A stretch of 63,953 nucleotides of DNA, the filler included, from Basidiobolus ranarum (taxonomy: Eukaryota), in the NCBI GenBank assembly GCA_040143965.1. It is 3 parts of 3 records of this genome, joined end to end, with 100 filler letters (N's around TTAATTAATTAA, not from the genome) between each part and the next. Parts side by side here need not be neighbours in the genome. Positions count along the whole stretch, not along the records: positions 1 to 22,160 come from JASJQH010007067.1; positions 22,261 to 44,350 come from JASJQH010007068.1; 1 more part is not named here. One strand, written 5' to 3'. Below are positions 16,101 to 27,900 of the stretch, piece by piece. The notes beneath the pieces are model-generated. The model saw nothing but the letters and a program-made list of their open reading frames with translations. It had not been told where the DNA came from and did not search any database. The stretch's first letter is position 1, and every line of letters begins with the position of its first letter. Both the position numbers and the translations under genes were made by a program.

Positions 16101-19089
16101 CGAGAAATTGATTCGGATTCAAGATGTGATAAATTATTTCCACCCTGACCTTGAACAGATGTCACAACATCTGGTCTCAATTGCTCAACAGTATCACATT
16201 GTCATAGATGCTCATCGATCCATCATTGAAGGTTACGAAGTAGAATGGACAAGTATTATATCCGCATGGGAACAGGATATCTCAAAGATCAATGAATTAG
16301 AGAGCTCAAATCAAGGAATTCGAGGTGAACTCGAATCTATTGAAACGGAGGCCAGAAAATTGCTAAGTGAACTGGAACTATCCCGGGAGAAGAAGCTCCG
16401 TCATCTAGCTAAAGAATTAGTCCCAGACCTTTTAGAACCAGAGCAATTATCACTATCTCCTATACTTGATACCACCACTACACCCAGAAGACGCTCTAAT
16501 TCCATATTTTCGGATTCCCCCTCAGAGATCATCGAAAAGTTGGCATCGAAAGTTTGCAATTTGGAACGTGAGCTTGAGAGTCGAAACAAAAAAGACAAAG
16601 AGCGCGAGCTTTTGATTTGTGAATTTGCTAAAATCTTGGAGAATAACGTTAAAGAGGCAGAGTTCGATTTGATCAAACAATGCAAAGAAAAGCGTTCTAA
16701 TGCGAATTCTCGAAGTGGTAGTCCTTGTGAGAGTCCAAAATCTCCCAGATCAAATGAGAAAGAAGATTCGTTAGTGCAAATTTTGCGACGACAGCTTGAC
16801 ATCAAAGATCGCCAGATTCAGCAGTTGAAGAGGGCTAATGAATCCCTCAAAAGCAAGTTGACTAATGGGGAATCAAGTCCGACGAGCTCAAAAGAAGACA
16901 AAACTGGAGCACTGGAAGAGACAAGTTTAAGTACTCCTCCTAAGCAATCTATCGTGGATGTAGAGCCAGAATCAGTTTCTTCTGTCGAAGTACCAGCTGA
17001 GTGTAGTCGTTTGGAGGTCGAGCTTCGTTATGTAATTGGCAATCTGAAAGAAATAGAGATGCAAATTCGTGAAACTGACAGCAAACTTCATCGCGTTGTT
17101 ACAAGCAAGCGCTGGATTTATCACAAATCTTTGGCTTTAGATCAACGTGGTTTAAACAATGCCTACTCTTCGAATGAATTATCACTGGAAGACTCGGATA
17201 CTGAGAGTTTACCGAATTTAATGGAACAGGCCAACATGCTCTGTGCAGAACATGATCAGATTATTGCTGATCGTAGAGGATTGGAAAAGGAAAAGCTGAG
17301 TGTTATTCGTCGCATGAATCAGTTGCGAACCAGAATAAAAGAACTCCTTCGTAGGGAAATAACGGAGACTAATGAGACTCCACAAAAATCATTTTCATCC
17401 GAAATCTCGATGAACAATGAACACCAAGAAGCTTATGAGGGTGTATTACCTCAAGTGACTGAATCGAAACTATCCATTCAATCTGTGGAGTCATTGATCT
17501 TTAGTCTGCAAATCACTCTCACTCATCAACTTCGCATTCTTAGCTCCGGTTTGACTTCCTCTAGACTTCAAATCGCCTCTGCAAAAGGTGAATTGCCATC
17601 TCTAGTAGCACAGGCTAAGAGATTTGTTCATGAACTGAATGCCACAAAGGAACAACTTGGTGCAATTGGTACTACTATTGAGATGGTTCTCGCAAATCGC
17701 AAACTTCTCTTACGACATTATGGTGAAATAGGAGTTGAGTTGAACAGAATTGTGAGCTCAGCTTATTTGCACAAGAGTCAGCGCTCTAGTTTCGCGGACA
17801 ATAACGATCACAATGGTGTGTTGGTACCTTTACCAAAACTGGATGAATGGCTACAAAACTATCAGAGTGGACATCAACCTAGCTGGGCCTCGAGTCAAGA
17901 TATTGAGGAACTTGGACTGATCTATGCTTCTTTCTGGAGCTCTCTTGAAACCGCTCGTGAGGAAAAGTCCTTACTTCAGAGAAAATATACCCAAATAGAA
18001 AATGTCTTGCTTCGCGAAAGAAAGTTGCTTGATTCTAGTGGCATGGAAAGTGAAAGTGGTCTACTAGGTATTTCAAAGATTTTGAACAAAATTCGCAATC
18101 GAGAGGAATTATGGCAAAGTACGAAAACGGTGAACACAAATCCGACTCCATCTGTACAAAAGAAAAGGCAGGGCGGGATTATACCTAGATCGACTTCGAA
18201 TGATGACTTTGGCTCTATTATCTCAACTCAGTTGTCGGCTTCACCATTACGGATTCAATCTGGTTCGCAAGCACCACTCCAAAACTTTAAAATCCCACCT
18301 TTCAATGCCAACAAACTATCCAGGTCTTCATTGTTTCTTGATTTGCAACCAGCTATAAAGGTACATTTGTATGTATTTATTTTAATGTACGATGCATTGA
18401 TATTGATGTACTTTAATCATTGACAGAAATCTCGCTCCTCTTGCCCAGACCTTCGCCTACTTGTAAAGCAATCGCTTAGTACGACTACAGCTATGCCCGA
18501 TCGCAAATACTCCACACCAATCCTGAAGACGAAAAATGGAAATGTCAAGCCATTACGCCGCAGAGCTCATTCCATTGACGGCAGTATCAGGCCAACTATA
18601 CCAAAAACGACACCACGTCGACCTCAGACATCCAACAATTCGCCAATACTTGATTTGAGTAAAAAGAAACTTACTCCCCTCAAAGGACCTGAACGCAGAA
18701 ATCCAGTCAGGTCAGTTAGTGCCTCGCCCGAAATCCGTACATTAAGGAAAATTGCATCTTCCGCCTCATTGCTGAATAGATCTCCTGGGACTCGTTCAGT
18801 CACCAATCCATCGGCACTGGGTCTAAATGGGTTTTCCAAAACTGAAAACAGAGGAGGTAGTCGTACTGATTTGTTGCAGCAAAAACTCACGATCCTTTCA
18901 CAACTACGCAAAGAGATGGACATTCTTGAGAGAGTGAATTCATCTGCAACAACATCCACACCCAACAATAATTCGCAAGAAGAGGAGAAGCGACGATTCC
19001 AAGCTATATTACGTAAGAAACGGGAATATATTCTACGCTTGAAAGACCTCACCAAAGAATGTCAAGTAGCCTTAAATTCATCCTGCTAA
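13161..19089 (+). CDS. Large ankyrin-repeat / coiled-coil protein (5 exons: 13161-13456, 13531-13820, 13885-14048, 14116-18360, 18427-19089; ~1885 aa)
   Basis: Several ankyrin motifs (TPLNIAVFSGH, GITPLCLASYLG, GATPLMYAARDGH, GNTPIHYAV, GADLNIRNNNGKTP) followed by Ser-rich low-complexity and heptad-rich regions. GT..AG introns link the ORF-track pieces in frame. Confidence 0.85.
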
Positions 19090-20299
19090 AATGGACGAAC
19101 CTCTGTGCGATTACATCTTGTTCTCTACCGACAGAACCCCCTAATGTGTTGGAAGGCAATCTGTTTCTGACAACTGTATAATACTTGCTGACGGAGCAAT
19201 ATTAGCTTTCACTTGTTACAATATCTTTAAATGGCACAATTGAACTGGAGCTCTTTATATATACAAAATCCACTTTCTTTAAACTTCGAAAAACTCTGAT
19301 TCAGTTGGTTTGTAAATATCTTTACCGAAGCACTCGTGAACTCTTATTGTTTACTAATTTTCAGCCGTTGTAATTAACCATTCTACTTTAATATTGTTCT
19401 TATCTTTTTACTTTCTCGACCACCTACAAAAAACCTTTTGATATGTTGTAATGGAATGGGAGTTTTGAAATCTCTTAACCTTAACGTAATTTTCGTTTAT
19501 CTCCTGCGATGTACTGTAATTCAACTTCAACCAAGCTTGTTCGAGATCTTAAGAAATATTTGTATACATATCGTTTATGTTGTGTGATTTTTTTTACCAT
19601 TATCAAGCGAGTAGAAAGCGCTCTTTCCATAGGTGGGTACTTTTAAAATACAGGAATGATGTTACCTCGTTACATTTCATTCTAAAGATTCCCAAATAAG
19701 GAGAAAATAAGAGCTTGATGCATCACGTACACAGACTGTTGTCAACAATTAGTTTTAGAAGCCAATATGTCGAGTAACATATGAATGACCGGTTCATTCA
19801 CGTAGTACACCAGGGATTTACATGCAAGCTATCTTCCAATGAACGAAAGAAGATATACTCTAGCACATTTTGATTTCAACAAGAGCACAAGTATGCTTAC
19901 CAAGCAAATCCAAAGAAAAGAGTTGGTAAATAGGTGAGTAACCTTAATATCTTACAGCATGAAAGTAGTACAGATAATATAGATCTTATCGAAGGAATTC
20001 TATGTAATGTGTGACTCAATATGATTCTAAGATTGAACGGATTTAATTAAATTCTTGTAATGTGTGGAGGATTTACCCCATATTAAAATAACGAATATAT
20101 CATAGCTTTGAAATTCCGACATCAATTAATGGATTGTAGAGTAAAGGAACATTATTGTTACCTACAATAATCCTAGAGATGGTATATATTTCATCAGGAA
20201 TAACTAAAGTCACCTAATATTCTTTACACTCGATTGATAGTGTACAATGAGGTTCAAAAATTTTGTTATCAGTGAGATGGAGTGTAATTCAATCAATCA

Positions 20300-20636
20300 T
20301 AACATTATAGATGTTAAAGTGTTTTGTGAGTTTGTTGGAAGTGATTTGGAGAACTAAAAGAATTGGTAGTTTTGATTTATTGAATTAAAAGTTGATATCT
20401 ATAGCTTTACCAAGATGTAAGCAAATAAACACTTAAAATGTGTTAAGGAAGGTCCCAGGAACATGTGTGCAAAGTTTGGGGCTTCTAGCACAAGTTTGAA
20501 AAATCTAGATATCTGAGAACTTCTAAGTTGGTGTCTTCCTCTTGAGAATAGCAGGTGATATCTTTGTAGAATATGGAATTACTAAATACTAAGCTATATA
20601 TGACTATATAGATATTTAAGTAATGCTAATTTCAAC
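20300..20636 (-). repeat. Dispersed ~330-bp non-coding repeat, copy A (inverted relative to copies B and C)
   Basis: The reverse complement matches 43155-43450 and 57958-58290, including GAAATTAGCATT..CTATATAGTC and CAAACTTTGCACACATGTTCCTGGG. Boundaries are approximate. Confidence 0.85.
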
Positions 20637-20907
20637 CATAGAAAGGTAAAATTTGATAATTTCAGTGACCATAATGAAATGATATAGGTAAGTATTACAA
20701 ATTAATATACAAGAAACAAGATTCATGTAGTAGATAAGATTCAAAATCAAGTAAAACAATGTTGGAACGTGAATTGTATACAATTTCATGATAATAAAAA
20801 TTTAAATAAATTCAAAATAATTTGGTTGGGTTCAGGATTTTCAGTGTGTGTGTAAGATCATGTTGTTTTGAAAGTATTCACATTGGAAATTCTCATCTTA
20901 ACCCATT

Positions 20908-20980
20908 GACCCCGTGGTGGAATCGAACCACCATCCTCCTGCTCTCAGGTTGAGTACAAGTCTACTACCATACAAGGGTG
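20908..20980 (-). other. Degenerate tRNA-like element (B-box/T-arm intact; D and anticodon arms not canonical)
   Basis: The minus strand reads GGTGG-TTCGATT-CCACC (perfect T arm), and the ends ACCCTTG/CGGGGT pair partly over a tRNA-sized span. I could not fold a convincing anticodon arm. Confidence 0.35.
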
Positions 20981-21159
20981 ATTGTATTTTAGAGAAAATA
21001 TTTTATATTATGACCAGATAGAATTTAGGCAAAAAAAAATCAACATCAACATTTCGTAAAGTACTGATACTTTTAAGCCAAAAATAATAAAAAAAAGTTG
21101 GAACCTAACCATTGATTTACTATTATCCAGTGACTAGTAATGCTTCCAAAAGTTTGAAC

Positions 21160-22160
21160 ATGTCAGAAACCGACTTTACCAAAGCCATTTCACTTACTAC
21201 TTGTAGTTCACTTCATAAAGAATTTTCTAAAGAAAATAAGAATGACCAAGACAGATATATATTAGAAGGACAAATAGTTCATTCACGTAAACTCAGTAAG
21301 AAGTTATTTTTCTTTGATTTAAGAGTTACCGAAGAAAACTCCGTTTATGAGTGTTGTAAAAAAATCGAGTGTATCACACGATATGATGAAGTAAGTTTAG
21401 CTGAAGTGGATATCTTATGGCGTTCTTTTAAACTTGGGGATAAAGTGAGGATATTTGGTCAATTTGAACAGTTGGAGAAGGTACCCACTATGGAGCATAG
21501 TCAGTATTTATTTCACGCCAAGAGGATTGAGGTGACTTTAAGATGGAACCCTGAAGTTCCTTTCGTACCTGAGAGACCAGTTCGTGAAGTTACCAGTAAA
21601 AAAAGACTTACACAGGAGGAAGAACAACCAGCTCCTATAGAGAAAGGTGTTTGTAAATATTGGATCAATACTGGTAATTGTCAAGTCTTAAATTGTCCTT
21701 ACCAACATCCAACGAGTCCCGAAGAGTTATCCAGGATACGTAAAGAATGGGTTACTGAGGTAACTATTTTTTTTAAAACTTCGCTTGCATGCTACTGAAA
21801 TACTCATGACCATATAATTACTTAATAGCGAGTTCAAACTAGACGTAAATTAAATATTTCCGAGGAAGATCCGCATTCCAATGAACAGAAACAATCTCAT
21901 AGACTTCGAGCCAAACATTTCGTAGATTGGTTAATAAAAAAGTATTCTATTGAGTACTTAAATTCCGGTGAAGGTGTTTTGGATGTAGCAGGTGGAAGAG
22001 GGGACATTTCTTTCGAATTACATACCAAACGTGGTATTAAAGCCACTTTGATCGAACCTAGAGAGATGAAACTAAGTAAACCCCAACGAAAGTTCCTCAA
22101 ACAGACAAGTACATTTCAAGGGAATGTCCAGGGTACTCTATGTAAGCAAGTCCGCTCTAT
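21160..22160 (+). CDS. OB-fold + CCCH zinc finger + SAM-methyltransferase-like protein, truncated by the assembly gap (exons 21160-21759, 21829->22160)
   Basis: GQIVHSRKLSKKLFFFDL..FKLGDKVRIFG (anticodon-binding-type OB fold), CKYWINTGNCQVLNCPYQH (CCCH) and RAKHFVDWL..VLDVAGGRGDISFEL..LIEPR (SAM motif I-like). Confidence 0.75.
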
Positions 22161-22260
22161 NNNNNNNNNNNNNNNNNNNNNNNNNNNNNNNNNNNNNNNN
22201 NNNNTTAATTAATTAANNNNNNNNNNNNNNNNNNNNNNNNNNNNNNNNNNNNNNNNNNNN
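22161..22260. other. Assembly gap with artificial TTAATTAATTAA stop linker
   Basis: 44 N + TTAATTAATTAA + 44 N. Confidence 0.95.
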
Positions 22261-22346
22261 TTTGGGATGATTAAAGCACGTAAGCATTCACATTTTATTC
22301 GATTCTTTGGAAACACTTCATGCTTCGTTGTTCTGTCCACATTGAT

Positions 22347-22953
22347 TTAATGAGCACGACGGGATTCGGCGATGACATTGGACATCTCCTCAACCTTGGC
22401 CTTGGCACGGATGAATGTACCGAGTCTCTTCTTGGCGAGCTTACGGGCACGCTTATCCTTGGAGTTCTTCAACAATTCGAGGATACGACGTTCATAGGGT
22501 GCGAAACCAGCGACTTCACGGACAATTTCGCGAACGAACTTGACACGGTTGGAGGCAACCTACATCATCAAAAATCACTTGTTTAGCTATATGTCTCTTC
22601 AAAGTGTGTATATCTTTTCAACTAGTCCAGTCAACTCTAATCCTAATCTAAGCTATTTCGTGTCCATATCTCTTTCTGTCTAATTCTTCAACTATCCTCT
22701 CTTTTCGTATGCCATCATCCATAACAAATCGTGGTGGCATCCATCCAATTTAACTAGTACTTCTCTAGCTTATCCTCGTAGCGTTCATATTACGAGCAAC
22801 TCCATGCTATACTAACGGAATATTCTCAAATAACAAGGAAAAAAAGACACTTACCCCCTTCTTGTGAGAAGGCTTGACCTTCAACTCACGACGAGTAGTG
22901 ATGTGACCGCGGTTGGACCCGGCAACGATACCAGACTTTTGAATGACAGCCAT
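22347..22953 (-). CDS. RPL36: 60S ribosomal protein eL36 (exons 22953-22855, 22559-22347); missed by the ORF track
   Basis: Spliced translation [103 protein letters not shown]. Confidence 0.97.
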
Positions 22954-23598
22954 TGATTTCAGTAATTCTTCAAACGAATGGATTTCGTCGTGAAAGAAAC
23001 AAGAGAAAGAGCTATCAATTTGATAACCATCGGGGTCATAACATCTTTACTCATTTTCGATTGGTTACTCAACAAGTCATGTGATCTATTTATCAGCTTT
23101 TTCTGATTAACTTAGACTAGCATTTAGTTCATATGTTGTCGATGAAGAATGCTATGAATATTCTAAGGTGAGGATGTCTCATATTATGATGTAGAATTCT
23201 ATTTACTCCTTCCAATGAAGCATAGTATCTCAATGTAATATCTTGTAATACCACAGCACTAGATGATCTTTTATGAGATCTCTTATTGACAACCTTCATT
23301 TCCTGCTTTCCACTTTTCACTTCCCGATTTAGTTATATACTGATGGATAAATGTAAGATGTAAGATCTTGATCTATATTTTGAATGAAAAGTTTCCAACA
23401 TCTTTACTACTCGAAGGAAAGACTCTACCAGTAGATTGACTGCTTTCGAGGAACCCCTGGCTAATTTGGAATTTCTGGTGACTGCTTCCCCAGACCCCCA
23501 GCTCACTTTTACTTATTTAGCTGATTAATTTGGAGAATCATCTTCTTGAAATTTGTGAATTTCTTCCAACCACTGTATTGTCTACTTTCGCCAAAAGA

Positions 23599-24831
23599 AT
23601 GAGTTATAGAGACTTGAACCCATCATTGCGTACTATCATGACTCCTGGACCGGTGGAGGTAGAGCCTAGAGTTTTGAGAGCATTATCTACTCCTATTGTA
23701 GGCCAATTCGACCCCGAATTCACTGTCATTATGGATGAAACTATGGAAATGCTTCGAAAACTTTTTCAAACTAACAACCAATGGGCATTTCCAATTGATG
23801 GTACTTCAAGAGCAGGTTTAGAAGCAGTACTCAGTAGTATCATCGAGCAAGAAGATGTAGTGCTTGTACCAATTTATGGAAGATTCGGACATTTACTTAC
23901 TGAAATCGCTCAACGTTATGGTGCTCAAGTAACTAATATGGAAACTACTTGGGGACAGGTATTTGATCCAGCTGATGTCATTCAAGAAATCGATAGAGTA
24001 AAGCCTAAGATCGTCGCTATGGTACATGGTGAAACTTCTACTGGTTGTTTGCAACCTTTGAAAGAAATTGGTGAGGCATGTAGAGAAAGAGATATTCTGT
24101 TCGTTGTGGATGCAGTTGCATCAATTGGTGGTGTAGATGTTCGGGTTGACGAATGGAAGATTGACGCTTGCATTGGAGGTACCCAGAAGTGTCTTTCCGC
24201 TCCATCAGGAATGGCCCCAGTCACTTTTAACTCCAGAATAGAGTCTTTGTTATTAGAACGTAAAAAGGTTGAGCAAGGATTAACGGACCTAAAGGCAAGT
24301 GAGTTGTCAAAACGTAGGATGATCCGCAGCAACTACTTTGACTTGAGTCAATTGATGGATTATTGGAGTCCTGTTCGCTTAAATCATCACACTGAAGCTA
24401 CCTCTATGTTATACGCACTACGTGAAAGTTTAAGAATAGTATTGGAGGAAGGACTTGAGGCTAGATTTGCCAGACACCAACTTCACGAGAAAGCTTTAAT
24501 GCAAGGACTTCAGGCAATGGGGTTAGAGCTTTATGGTGATTCTCGCTCGAAACTTCCAGTTGTTACCTGTATAGCTATTCCTGAAGGTATTGATGGTGAA
24601 TCAGTACGTTCTATGTTGCTACGTGACTTTGAGATTGAAATTGCTAGCTCCTTTGGTCCTTTGAAAGGAAAAATTTGGAGAATAGGTTCTATGGGCTTCA
24701 GTTGTAGAAAGAAGAATATTCTGAGTGTATTGGGGGCATTGGAAGCAGTACTCATTCGACATGGTGCACAAGTAAAACCAAGTGAGGGAACTCAAGCAGC
24801 ATTGGATGTGTATCATCAACATCAAAATTAA
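23599..24831 (+). CDS. pucG: Class V PLP aminotransferase, bacterial PucG-type ((S)-ureidoglycine:glyoxylate transaminase-like), intronless, 410 aa
   Basis: RTIMTPGPVEVEPRVLRA, GQFDPEF, PIDGTSRAGLEA, VHGETSTG, GGTQKCLS (PLP lysine), SNYFDLSQLMDYW..RLNHHTEATSMLYALRE and EIASSFGPLKGKIWRIG match the Bacillus PucG pattern as I recall it. The first ATG is at 23599. Confidence 0.9.
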   Translation: MSYRDLNPSLRTIMTPGPVEVEPRVLRALSTPIVGQFDPEFTVIMDETMEMLRKLFQTNNQWAFPIDGTSRAGLEAVLSSIIEQEDVVLVPIYGRFGHLLTEIAQRYGAQVTNMETTWGQVFDPADVIQEIDRVKPKIVAMVHGETSTGCLQPLKEIGEACRERDILFVVDAVASIGGVDVRVDEWKIDACIGGTQKCLSAPSGMAPVTFNSRIESLLLERKKVEQGLTDLKASELSKRRMIRSNYFDLSQLMDYWSPVRLNHHTEATSMLYALRESLRIVLEEGLEARFARHQLHEKALMQGLQAMGLELYGDSRSKLPVVTCIAIPEGIDGESVRSMLLRDFEIEIASSFGPLKGKIWRIGSMGFSCRKKNILSVLGALEAVLIRHGAQVKPSEGTQAALDVYHQHQN

Positions 24832-24966
24832 CTCCATTGGGTCAATTACATTGCATATCACTACTAAAAAAATAAAATGAATTTTGAAATTTTTATTTGT
24901 GTAAAAGTAATGTGATTGGATGCGATTAATATGATCGATTTATAGAGCTTATTCTATATAGTAGGG

Positions 24967-27900
24967 CTAGGGTCTGGCTTCATATACATCAATGTATTTC
25001 TGAAGAAGATCAGTGGTAAGCTCAGGACACAATCCAAGGCCTGCATTAGTAAGCATTCCAATTGTGCGAGAGCAGTTATCTTTTTGGTAAGGAGTACGCT
25101 TGGAATCAAACTTTTCAGGCAAAAGTACACCAATTCTTGACGAGAAGGGATTGCTTTTATCACTTTGAATTTGTTGATACCATTCTTCGTAAGGTACTAT
25201 GGCCATGGGCCGTTCAAGCATGTTCGCCATCTGGGCTACGGATTCCAAATCGAGGTCATGGTGACTACTCAGATTAAACGCATTGCCAAGAGATGCAGGC
25301 TTGACTGACATATGGACGATGCTTCTCGTGACGAAATCAACTGGAGTAATATCTAAGTTTCCAAGTCCAGACGGCACCGAGCGACTGTGGAAACATCCTT
25401 TTAGCATAACATTTGTTGTATCCGTTGGTGATCCAATCCCATTTGTAGTGTCACCCATGATGGCTCCTGGTCTATAAATCGATACTTGGAAGCCACGTGA
25501 GTGAGCTTCACGAAGGATAAGTTCAGCGATAACCTTGGAGTAACAATATCCATTTGCAGCATCATCAAATGTTGCAAACGATGGTTCAATGAAGTTTTCG
25601 AATTCATCATATTGGCACCCCTTTTGTACCACTCCCAAAGTAGACACGAAATGAATCTGCTTTGATCTTCCAATGGAAGCCATCTTCAACATCTCCGTCA
25701 CACTATTTACATTGGCTGCTTTCAACATTGTATATGTGTAAACGAAGTTCACGTTGGCTCCATTATGGTAAATCAGATCGATGTTGTCCCCCAGATGTGC
25801 GAACTGTTCTTCGGTTAAGCCCAGGCGTGGCTGGGCAATATCTCCTAGTAAAATTTGAATGCGTGCGAAATCACACATATTACTTAGAGAATAGCCATGA
25901 AGATTGTTGCGTACACGGTTTAAGCCATCCTCCTCAGTATTACCACGGACAACACAGTAGACCTTAGCATGCGGGAATTTCTGAAGAATCTCAATAAGTA
26001 AGAAGGCACCAAGAAAGCCAGTAGCTCCAGTAAGTAAGATCCCATCGACAGTGGATTCTTCAAGGTCTCTACCCGTTTCATGAGTGCTCCTAACGGGTAT
26101 CAATTTCTCGTCGAGTTGGATCTCCTCTCGCCAATTTATCTGCCAGCTATGTGGTTTTGAGTCAGTATCTACCTGAGATAAAGTATCTCTGTTTTTTGCC
26201 TCGCCGTCAATAAGGCTAGAGAGCTGACCGAGACTGGTGTTTTGATAGATTTGCGGAACACGTAAGGAAATATCAAATATTTGCTTGATCCGCTGAAGTA
26301 AGTTGATAACAAGCAAAGAATTACCACCGACATGGAAGAAGTTACTCATCACGTTGACTTTATCAATACATAAAAGTTCCTCCCATATCTTGGCCAGTTC
26401 CAATTCCGTTGGTGTTCTTGGAGGAGCTGCCTCAATTTTTCCAATAGAGTTGATGAAACTCTGATCTGCATCCCGAAAGATAGCCTCTAATTTTTTCCGA
26501 TCAGTTTTTCCACTCGAGTTCATAGGTATATTATTCAATGGCGCCCATGTTGAAGGAATCATATGCTGTGGGAACACCTTTGACATTGCTAAGCGAATTG
26601 CAGCAATGTGATTATTTATCGCTTTGAGACTTTGCTCATCTGACAGTAAAGTAGGCTCGCAGTTATCCAAATATTCGTTGAAGCACACAAAGGCCACTAA
26701 AGCCTTACGATTTCCAGAAGGATCAGTCTGAGCTAGTATAACACAAGCCTGTGCAATATCAGTTTGCTGTTGTAAAATATGCTCTATCTCACCCAGTTCT
26801 ATGCGTAGACCATTCAATTTGACTTGATTGTCTTTTCGTCCTAATATCTCCACCGAGCCATGGCAATCAAACTTCGCAAGGTCTCCGGTTTTATATAGCC
26901 TCTCACCTGGTACATAAGGGTTCTGTACAAACGCTGTAGAAGTGAGATCTGGTCTATTTAGATACCCACGCGCCAATTGAGCGCCAGAAACACAGAGCTC
27001 ACCAATAGCACCGATCGGAACAAGGTTTAGAGCCTTGTCTAAGATGAAAATTCGATTAGTGCCGAATGGTCGCCCTATGTTGCTACATGGGGTATTGGTA
27101 GTGAAGTTCAATCTCTGCGTGCAATCAACTGTAGTCTCAGAAGGCCCATATCCATTGTGTAAGCAAACATGGTTTGCCCATGTATCTCGGACTTGTCTGC
27201 TTAGCATTTCCCCTCCAATGAATATTTGTTTCAAAGATGGTACATCCTCCGGTTTGATAAGACTAGCCACGGTAGTAGTGAGTGCAGTAGCTGTTATTTG
27301 CATATCAGCCATAATCTGAGTAAGATTTTCTAATAAGTTCTCCTTTGAGGCCAGGCATATGCATGCACCCTTATAGAGAGTGAAAAAGATATCTAAAATT
27401 GAAGCGTCAAAAGTATAGTTGGCAAACTGTAGAACTCTATCGTCAGAATTCAATTGAACTATAGATCCATATCCAGCCATGTAGTTGACTACCGCACGAT
27501 GTTCTAATAAAACCCCTTTTGGCACACCTGTGGATCCAGAAGTGAAGATAACGTAACAAAGATTGAGTGAAGACACTTCGGTAGTGAGGTTCTCCGTAGG
27601 ATATGCTCCAATGATGTCTTCATGGATATCTAGCATTACTAGTTCCAATCTAGTTTTTGATGTGAACAGAGTCTTATAACTAGATGTAGTAATGACTAAA
27701 CTTGCTTTTACCTCCTCTAGAATAAACATGTTTCGATCAAGAGGGTTACTTTTATCCATTGGGACGTAAGCTCCACCTGCCTTGAGAATTGCCATCATAG
27801 CGACAATCATATTGACCGATTTATCTAGTAAAATGGGAACCATAGTCTCTGGACCCACCCCTAACGAGCTAAGGTGATGTGCAAGTTGGTTGGCACGAGA

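Noticed and set aside
20908-20980. Selenocysteine tRNA (a TCA triplet lies mid-element)
   Set aside because: Too short, with no stable anticodon stem around TCA and no Sec-type acceptor or long variable arm.
22205-22216. Palindromic TTAATTAATTAA inside N runs (also 44395-44406)
   Set aside because: Artificial six-frame-stop scaffold linker, not biological.
22560-22854. snoRNA in the unusually long RPL36 intron (small CTCGTA..TACGAG hairpin)
   Set aside because: No convincing C/D or H/ACA box arrangement seen by eye. An Infernal search would be needed.
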